Shown here: positions 50,266 through 57,275 of the stretch, in pieces | Position numbering within the stretch: the first letter of the stretch is position 1 | Layout of the letters: each line of letters begins with the position of its first letter | Assembly (NCBI GenBank): GCA_031554185.1 | Contig: JAVBKE010000091.1 | Coordinates: 1 to 57,275, forward strand | Source: Bacillales bacterium | GTDB taxonomy: Bacteria; Bacillota; Bacilli; JARBTR01 | Length of the DNA stretch: 57,275 nucleotides | Direction of reading: 5' to 3' | The notes under the pieces: generated by a model | Databases searched by the model: none | The model's input: only the letters and a program-made list of their open reading frames with translations | What the model was told of the DNA's origin: nothing | Made by a program: the position numbers and the translations under genes

Positions 50266-51897
50266 TCAATCAAAATAATTGTCGACCACATGGATGTGCC
50301 GATCCTCGATTCGAAGCACCTTATTGGAAATATGTTTAAAAAAATAGCGATCATGAGAAACGATCACAAGCGCCCCATCGAAACTAGCTAGCGCTTCCTC
50401 GATTTGCTCTCGGCTTTCAATATCAAGATAATTAGTGGGTTCATCTAAAATCAGTAAATTTGCCTCTGAGAAATAGAGAAGTACAAAAGCAACGCGGCAT
50501 TTTTCACCCATACTGAGTACGCTAATTCGCTTCAGGACATCATCTTGAACGAACAAGAAGCTGGCAAGAATTGTGCGCGCTTCGGTATAAGTCATATCTG
50601 GTAATGCCATAACGCAACCGAGAATTGTCGACTCTGGATCTAAGGTGGCTAGTGTTTGTGCAAAGTAACCAATTCGTACAGCCGGGTTCCGTTGGATCAT
50701 GCCGCTCGCGGACAAGCGCCCAGTAAGTACATCGAGAAAAGTTGACTTGCCACTTCCGTTTTCACCGACCAAGGCAATTCGGTCATTGCGGATAATATCT
50801 AGGTTGACATTCGCCCAAATTGGCTTCTGCTCAGGATAAGAAAAGGAAACATCCTCCATATGAATATAGGTGCGCGGTTTAAATTCGGAAGCATTCAAAG
50901 CCGCATGAATTTGTTTCTTTTCTTCAGGCTTCGCCGATTTTTCTGTTGTGAGCTTTTCCAAAGAGGCTTCCTTCGCTTTGTACCGTGAGGCTACCTTGGC
51001 AGCTTTGTGCTGAGCAAACGGATCACGGACACTAGCAGCTCGATTGGCTTTTTCATAAAAGAGGCGGATTTTTCTAATCTGTTCCCGTACTTTCTTTTGT
51101 TCTTTTTGCTGTTTATCATAAAGTGATTTCGCTGTTTGCTGTGCAATATTTTTTTGCGAGAAGTAAGCTTGGTAATTTCCAGTGTAACGCTTGGCGCCAC
51201 TTGCCCCGAGTTCAATGATACTCGTGGCTACTTGATCAAGGAAATAACGATCATGTGATACAACAAGAAAAGTCCCTTTATAGGCATGAAGCCATTTGAT
51301 CAGCCACTGAATCCCTTCATTATCAAGATGATTGGTTGGCTCATCAAACAAGATGAACGATGCAGGACGGATGAGTAACTGCGTTAATTGCAGTCGCGTT
51401 TTTTCACCACCACTTAATTCGCTAATTGGTCTCTGCCAATGCTGCTTTGTTAGACCGACGGTGGGCAGTGCCTGTTCTAGTTGTTGCTCTACTTCATAGC
51501 CGCCCATAGCTAAATAATAGTCATAGGCTTCCGTGAACGCCGCGAGGACGGTTTTAGAATTGGCATTTGCCTGCAACGCCTCGCTAGCGGCAGCAAGCTG
51601 TAGCTTGGCGTGCTGGTAATCCGGGATAATCCCTTCTAGATAGTCACCGACAAGTAACTTGCTGAACTCGAAATCTTGCTTGATAAAGCACCATTCAGCT
51701 ACTGGCAATGTGCGTGATACCTGTCCACTGGAAGGTGCTAATTGTTCAGATAAAATATTCAGTAGTGTTGTTTTTCCTTGCCCATTGCGGCCAATGAGGC
51801 CAATGCGGTCACCTTTTTGAATATCGAATTGGACATGATGTAAGATAGATGTTGCTCCATTTGAAAAACAGACGTTTTGACATTGTAAAATGGTCAT
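50266..51897 (-). CDS. ABC-F ATPase, VmlR-like putative ribosome-protection protein
   Basis: Two NBDs (GRNGQGKTT / LSGGE; GENGSGKST / LSMGE), two LDEPTN, long helical interdomain linker, no TM domains. Confidence 0.88.
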   Translation of the reverse strand: MTILQCQNVCFSNGATSILHHVQFDIQKGDRIGLIGRNGQGKTTLLNILSEQLAPSSGQVSRTLPVAEWCFIKQDFEFSKLLVGDYLEGIIPDYQHAKLQLAAASEALQANANSKTVLAAFTEAYDYYLAMGGYEVEQQLEQALPTVGLTKQHWQRPISELSGGEKTRLQLTQLLIRPASFILFDEPTNHLDNEGIQWLIKWLHAYKGTFLVVSHDRYFLDQVATSIIELGASGAKRYTGNYQAYFSQKNIAQQTAKSLYDKQQKEQKKVREQIRKIRLFYEKANRAASVRDPFAQHKAAKVASRYKAKEASLEKLTTEKSAKPEEKKQIHAALNASEFKPRTYIHMEDVSFSYPEQKPIWANVNLDIIRNDRIALVGENGSGKSTFLDVLTGRLSASGMIQRNPAVRIGYFAQTLATLDPESTILGCVMALPDMTYTEARTILASFLFVQDDVLKRISVLSMGEKCRVAFVLLYFSEANLLILDEPTNYLDIESREQIEEALASFDGALVIVSHDRYFFKHISNKVLRIEDRHIHVVDNYFD

Positions 51898-51904
51898 AGA
51901 AATG

Positions 51905-52081
51905 CCCCCTTATTTATTATTTCAGTTGGCAAATAAATAAGGTTGTTTGAGGTTATTGACGGCAGGAAGTGATACACAAGCTTGGGTCATGCCGATCCTT
52001 TGAGGAATTGCAAAAAACAAATTCCGGGGTAGCCTAAAACAATATTTATTTACGCGCAAGTTTCATTTGTTGGTTATCCAC
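51905..52081 (-). promoter_or_regulatory. Attenuator-like leader of the ABC-F gene with a short uORF
   Basis: uORF 52081-52046 (GTG, MDNQQMKLARK*) behind GGGGGGTGA; perfect 11-bp hairpin 51908-51918/51932-51942 overlaps the ABC-F RBS. Confidence 0.65.
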
Positions 52082-52408
52082 TCGAATCACCCCCCGATTG
52101 TTGTCAAAATATATAATGAAAAATGTTTCAATCTTTTATCTAAGTTGCCTCGCATGCAGTTCGAAAATAATGATGATCATAATCAAAAAATAGATAGAGA
52201 TCCCTCACCTGTCATGCGAGAACAATTTGGCTTGATTTCTGTACCGGCATTTCTAATTTTCGTGTGATCGACTCAATTCAAAAATAGCATTGATGAGCTC
52301 GAAAGGCAATATCTTTTTGTCATGATTACCAGAATACCAAGAGCATGCCATCTTCCTAGAACGACAAGCATCGACTATGATACATCCCTGAAAAGGCAGG
52401 GCAAGACA

Positions 52409-52573
52409 CTAGGGTGTGTCTGAAAAAGGTTAATGGAAGCTTTTTGAAGAGCTTTCCGACCGGCCTTGTCGAAAAAAAGTCTTAAATATTCCCAGTATTT
52501 GCGCTTTTTCTGCGCACCATTCAAAAAATTCTTGTCAAAATCCTCTTATCAATCTTTTTCAGACATATCCTAG
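52409..52573. mobile_element. MITE-like repeat, copy 3
   Basis: CTAGGGTGTGTCTGAAAAAG ... CTTTTTCAGACATATCCTAG; interior homologous to copies 1 and 2. Confidence 0.8.
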
Positions 52574-52611
52574 AAAATAGTTAGAAAAAAGAATTTAAGC
52601 AGTAAATAAAC

Positions 52612-52673
52612 TAACCTGTAACTTGTAAGATTGGAATCTTTTTTTAGATGTCCATCTTACAGGTTACAGGTTA
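52612..52673. repeat. Long inverted repeat (terminator-like hairpin)
   Basis: TAACCTGTAACTTGTAAGAT / ATCTTACAGGTTACAGGTTA (19/20 match) extended by TGGAATCT / AGATGTCCA. Confidence 0.75.
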
Positions 52674-52743
52674 TAAATTCCACTAGTCACTTCTTCGTTC
52701 GTTAATTAATAGCTCTCCAGCTGTTATCGAACAGATTTAATCA

Positions 52744-54081
52744 TCATGGTGTTGCCGGCAGTCCTGCTTCTAGGGCAGCAATTAAATCAGGATCGGCTAC
52801 TTGTGTAGTGTGTACATTGACCGATTCATCACTACTATAAAAAGGTGGTAATTGATCAACAAAGGCTTGAAACTCCGGTTGTGGAACTCTTTCAACGCCG
52901 TATTGAAACTGCTCACGATCAGAAGGGATTGCCCCTTCCATTGTCGAGCCAAATGCCCCTAGGTCGATTAATCCACGCGGATTAATTTCTAATCCCTTCG
53001 CATAGATAAATGAGCCGTATTTTGGGTGTCCTAAATACGTTTTTGCATTGGAGATACCACTCATCTGTAAATCATATCGTAACTGCGCATAGGCTCTAGT
53101 CGTGTTCATAAATGGCGTTTGAATCGCTGATACACCTTGATTTCCTGGCAAGCACATAATTAAATTACCAAAACGATCTAGATAAGCCACAGCATTGCCT
53201 TCCCCGCCATTCAAAATATCTTGATGAGCAGCATCAATCAAATAAGGTGCTAATCCTTCATCTGGCTGACCTGGAGTAGGCGCTGTATACTCAAGGGCAT
53301 GAGGATAAACTGATTTCATTGCTAACACAATTGGGTCATTATCAGGCAGTGTTTTTGGGTCGAGTAACGCATTTTCTGGCAAATCTGTGTTGATTGCAGC
53401 AGACACTTGGCCAAGCGTTGCGTCAAAAGCTGTTGATGTTAACGCATAGGTTTGATCATTGATTGTGGCACCAGATGTAAACACAGCTGGTACTGGTGCA
53501 CCAGTGGCAGGGCGTGAATACTTATCTGTTGGCCCTACGACTGCAGGATAAGATAACTGTGATTCTGCGTCTGCTAACATTGATGTTCCAGTTAGTGAGG
53601 GAAATGTAGCAGTGTCGTCGAAATTTATCCCCGCATAATCATCATTGGCAGAGACAACTGTATGAATACCAGATTCCAAAATCGCACCAGTACACATCAA
53701 ACATGGATCAAGCGATGTGACTAACACAAGCTCTTCTGGTTCTGGTAATGATAACGTTTCTTTATTTTCATAATACCAATCAATCATTTGGCGTTCGCCA
53801 TGTGCCGTTGGATCAGCGGTTAGCCCGTTCTTCACGACATTGTTATGCAATGAATGAATGACATTCCCATCGGTATCCATCAACACGCCACCGACACTAA
53901 ATGTGCCCTGATCTGAAGCCGCAAGCACTTGATCGGCCGTTAAATACACAGCATCTTGCACACTTGTAACTGCTTTCGTATCGCTTGTCATATTAGCTGT
54001 GCTAACATCTGAAATGAAAATGGAACTGAATACCAATATACTGATCACTATAAAAATTCTTGTTTTGTTGTTTTTTATCAC
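52744..54081 (-). CDS. Zn-dependent nucleoside/nucleotide deaminase-fold protein with N-terminal signal peptide and long C-terminal extension
   Basis: DPTAHGE and SLDPCLMC motifs; N-terminal KNNKTR plus hydrophobic stretch ending in STA; GTG start behind GAGGT. Confidence 0.8.
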   Translation of the reverse strand: MIKNNKTRIFIVISILVFSSIFISDVSTANMTSDTKAVTSVQDAVYLTADQVLAASDQGTFSVGGVLMDTDGNVIHSLHNNVVKNGLTADPTAHGERQMIDWYYENKETLSLPEPEELVLVTSLDPCLMCTGAILESGIHTVVSANDDYAGINFDDTATFPSLTGTSMLADAESQLSYPAVVGPTDKYSRPATGAPVPAVFTSGATINDQTYALTSTAFDATLGQVSAAINTDLPENALLDPKTLPDNDPIVLAMKSVYPHALEYTAPTPGQPDEGLAPYLIDAAHQDILNGGEGNAVAYLDRFGNLIMCLPGNQGVSAIQTPFMNTTRAYAQLRYDLQMSGISNAKTYLGHPKYGSFIYAKGLEINPRGLIDLGAFGSTMEGAIPSDREQFQYGVERVPQPEFQAFVDQLPPFYSSDESVNVHTTQVADPDLIAALEAGLPATP

Positions 54082-54295
54082 TTAAAGACCTCGATTCTTT
54101 TAATTTGGCCTAAAATCCTTGCCTATTAAAATGAAATATTCATCATTGCGTCATTCTTAAATAAGGCAACTATCCAGTGTACTAATCAATATACGGTCAA
54201 AAACTTGATCTGTACCTAGCCTAACGGAGGCTGGATAAGCGATATGGTGAAGTAGATGCTCGTATGAACTTCTAATGATACCCAGTAACACTTCA

Positions 54296-55555
54296 TTACC
54301 CTACATTTTCATGATGTACATTGTTCATTGCTTCCTTATCGTGCTTATACCGGAAAGTAAACATAAACACAATCGCTAGTACTAAGGCATAACCAGCGAA
54401 TACAAACCAAATTGTCTGCCAATCTTTGACGCCATCCGTTGTAAAGTGATCAACCACTTTTCCACTCAGAACGCCACCAATGTAGGCACCAATACCATTT
54501 ACCATTGTCATAAACAGTCCTTGTGCACTTGCACGAATCCGGGGATCAACCTCTTTCTCAACAAAAATGGAACCGGAGATGTTAAAGAAGTCAAAGGCGC
54601 AACCATAGACAATCATCGAAAGTAGAAGGAAAATTAAGCCGTCGCCAGGATTTCCAAGACCCAAGAAAGCGAATCGTAGTGTCCATGCGAACATACTAAT
54701 TAACATAACAACTTTAATGCCATATCTTCGGAAGAAAAAAGGAATGGCTAGTATGAAAAATACTTCAGAGATTTGTGATAAAGATAGAAGAATTGCTGGG
54801 TACTGCACAGTGAATGAATCTGCATATGCTGGATTCGTACTAAAATCATGTAGATACGGATTGGCAAATGTATTCGTGATTTGTAAAGCGGCACCTAGTA
54901 GGACTGCAAACAAAAAGAATAACGCCATTTTTTTCTGTTTAAATAAGACAAAAGCATCTAACCCCAGTGCCTGTACCCAAGATTTGCTTTCCTTCTTTTT
55001 GGAAACAGGACAATCTGGTAGTGTGAAGGAATACAGAACCAATAGGATCGATGTACCCGAAGCAATAAATAACTGTGTATTGCTTAATTCAAACCCTAAT
55101 AAACTGACAGTCCACATTGCTGCAATGAAGCCCATTGTCCCAAAAACACGAACTTTTGGAAAAAAAGTAACTGTGTTGAATCCTTCACGCTCGAGCGACA
55201 CCAAGGAAATCGTATTTGATAGCGCAATGGTTGGCATATAAACCATCGAATTGAACAAAATTGCCCAGAACATTGCGGTCGGATCTGTTACTTGACTGGC
55301 AATGATCAGTGCTACTGCACCGAGTGAGTGACAAATCGCGTACAAACGATTGGCCTTAATCCAGCGGTCCGCAACAATCCCCACAAGGCTTGGCATGAAA
55401 ATTGATGCAATCCCCTTGGCCCCATAAACAAGACCAACCTCTACCCCTGTAAAACCTAATTCATTAATCATGTATGATCCTAATGTGGAAAGCCATGCTC
55501 CCCAAATGAAAAATTGCAGAAAAAACATCAATTTTAATCGAACTTGAATACCCAT
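54296..55555 (-). CDS. nupG: Nucleoside:H+ symporter (NupG/XapB family)
   Basis: MFFLQFFIWGAW, ADRW, YMPTIALSN, SQISEVFF, YGCAFDFFNISGS..VE. Confidence 0.92.
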   Translation of the reverse strand: MGIQVRLKLMFFLQFFIWGAWLSTLGSYMINELGFTGVEVGLVYGAKGIASIFMPSLVGIVADRWIKANRLYAICHSLGAVALIIASQVTDPTAMFWAILFNSMVYMPTIALSNTISLVSLEREGFNTVTFFPKVRVFGTMGFIAAMWTVSLLGFELSNTQLFIASGTSILLVLYSFTLPDCPVSKKKESKSWVQALGLDAFVLFKQKKMALFFLFAVLLGAALQITNTFANPYLHDFSTNPAYADSFTVQYPAILLSLSQISEVFFILAIPFFFRRYGIKVVMLISMFAWTLRFAFLGLGNPGDGLIFLLLSMIVYGCAFDFFNISGSIFVEKEVDPRIRASAQGLFMTMVNGIGAYIGGVLSGKVVDHFTTDGVKDWQTIWFVFAGYALVLAIVFMFTFRYKHDKEAMNNVHHENVG

Positions 55556-56107
55556 TTCTTTTTTTGCCTCCTACTGAATACGATTCTGATCGTTTCTAGC
55601 AAAAAACAGGCGTTGATATTTAAAAAAGTCGAGAAATATCAAGTATGCCAAGCTACAGTATTTACACTCCAGTTGATCTACCATTCTATTAAGAATCTAT
55701 GATCTCAATTCTTCTGTAAATCACTGACTATAGTTGACTGTATGAAAGCTCTCATCATCAATTTGGTATGTATAATAAGAATCGTGCGTACAAAATGCTA
55801 TTTTTTAAAAATATAAGAAGAGCGATAATCACTGAACGATTTACCAGCGCCCCACACTGTTTTAATGACTGTTTCTTAAGAAATCACGATATTCCCACGT
55901 ACTATGAAAGTCATTGAACCCAGTAAACTAGCTGATAGAATTATTAAGAAAACCAAACATTTTGAAACCTGTAAAATCATCCTCATGAACTAATCAAACA
56001 AGGGCCTGAAAGAAGCTTTCCATAGTTGCACACGCCAAAAATTTGTTTTACCGCCTGTCTTTATAAAAACACCTCAAAGTGTTTATTTCAAAAAAATTCT
56101 GATTAAT

Positions 56108-56926
56108 TTACATTCTTGAAATTGATTCACGTAACAGGCGAAGGAATTTTTCACGAACCATTGCTGCTACTTCAATGACCTCTTGATGGCCAAGTGGTTG
56201 ATCTAAGATCCCGCACGCCATATTCGTTAAACACGAAATGCCAACCACTTTTATATTACCGTGAACTGCAATCAGCGCTTCCGGCACTGTTGACATCCCC
56301 ACTGCATCTGCGCCAAAACCCCGAATCATTCGTATTTCAGCTGGTGTTTCATAGGTTGGGCCTGTCCACCATGCATAGACGCCTTGTTGAATTTGTAATT
56401 CCTGCTCTTTAGCAACATTTAAAACAATTTGGCGAAGTTCCTTATTATAAACTTGGGATACATCTGGGAATCGTGTTCCTAGTTTATCGTTATTTGGCCC
56501 AATCAGTGGGTTGTTCGCCACAAGATTAAGGTGATCTGTGATCAGCATCAAATCTCCAGGCTTAAATGATGTATTGACCGCACCACAAGCATTGGTTATG
56601 ATCAGATTCTCTACACCTAAGGCTTTCATTAAACGAACTGGAAACGTCAGCTGATCAAGTGAAATTCCTTCATAGTAATGGAACCTCCCTTTCATCGCAA
56701 CGATATTCTTGCCGTTTAATTCACCAATCACCAACTCATTTGCATGACCAATAGCATGTGATTTAGCAAAATGAGGGATCTCATCATACGGGATGTGGAC
56801 AGCATTTTTGATTTCATCCGCTAACGCTCCAAGCCCTGATCCCAAGATAATTCCAACTGTTGGTATCACGCTTGTTTTCCTTGTTACAAACACTTTTGCT
56901 TCTTGAATTTGCTCCAATTTGTGCAT
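56108..56926 (-). CDS. punA: Purine nucleoside phosphorylase (trimeric type)
   Basis: GIILGSGLG, GRFHYYEG, TNACG, GPTYETPAE, GADAVGMSTVPE, TNMACG. Confidence 0.95.
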   Translation of the reverse strand: MHKLEQIQEAKVFVTRKTSVIPTVGIILGSGLGALADEIKNAVHIPYDEIPHFAKSHAIGHANELVIGELNGKNIVAMKGRFHYYEGISLDQLTFPVRLMKALGVENLIITNACGAVNTSFKPGDLMLITDHLNLVANNPLIGPNNDKLGTRFPDVSQVYNKELRQIVLNVAKEQELQIQQGVYAWWTGPTYETPAEIRMIRGFGADAVGMSTVPEALIAVHGNIKVVGISCLTNMACGILDQPLGHQEVIEVAAMVREKFLRLLRESISRM

Positions 56927-57055
56927 TTTTTTTCCTCCTTAAGAAATTTGAAATGCACTGCCATTTTAACCCTTTTGTCGAATGCTGTAAATATGTTTTT
57001 TTAATAAAATGATAATTTTTTCGCATATAATAAAATTTTATCAGAAAGAAGGGGA

Positions 57056-57275
57056 ATGAAGAAAATAAAAAAAATTAAAGTTCTATGGCGTTGTAGAATT
57101 TGTTGAGATCAATACGAGCGCTGGCTATGAAGCAACACTTTGTGTAATAACCATTTTATTTTCAAGTGGTGTTCATGAGAAATTTGTGACAATGAAGGTT
57201 GAAGTATTGAGGTTACTCATACTGCGAGTAAAGTGTATCGAAGCATGGAGAATAGAATATCGTATTTTTCTACTG
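57056..57275 (+). pseudogene. Possible frameshifted gene start running off the window
   Basis: AAGGGG-ATG MKKIKK then a stop at codon 17; removing one A from the A8 tract (57067-57074) gives a frame open to the window end (KLKFYGVVEFVEINTS...). Confidence 0.3.

Noticed and set aside
52067-52267. 66-aa plus-strand ORF
   Set aside because: Antisense to the ABC-F leader; no RBS.
55556-57055. Purine riboswitch or cre site upstream of nupG/punA
   Set aside because: No purine-riboswitch core on the minus strand; ATGAAAGCTCTCAT near 55742 is two bases short of a cre palindrome.
1-57275. CRISPR arrays, rRNA, tRNA, intact IS transposases or integrases
   Set aside because: No regularly spaced direct repeats, tRNA cloverleaf or rRNA signatures, or DDE/tyrosine/serine recombinase ORFs were seen by eye.

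Overview
A low-GC Bacilli (Firmicutes) chromosomal window, probably from a spore-former (spoIIID with a sigmaE-like promoter, and a probable yabT tail before tilS). It mixes core loci with accessory DNA. Core loci: tilS-hpt-ftsH; ywlE-rpiB; spoIIID-asnB-mbl-fabZ-ssb; galU; an LCP protein; potABCD; ltaS; speA-speD; lutP/lutABC; punA-nupG. The top candidate for an undescribed system is a three-gene operon directly after ftsH (4807-7577). It encodes two divergent proteins that align by eye to the Ku core, plus an ATP-dependent DNA ligase with a C-terminal WGR-like domain and no LigD polymerase or phosphoesterase domain, which suggests a heterodimeric-Ku end-joining system. Other notable items: three copies of a ~166-bp MITE-like repeat; structured-RNA candidates between spoIIID and asnB; a uORF and structured leader before speA-speD; a decayed toxin-immunity/T7SS-type island containing a solo ATPase-nuclease; a LexA-boxed Y-family polymerase cassette; a VmlR-like ABC-F with an attenuator; an unannotated 59-aa winged-helix gene; and a signal-peptide-bearing deaminase beside nucleoside salvage genes. 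All family assignments come from motifs read by eye and recalled family knowledge. No database search or folding program was run, so novelty is unverified.
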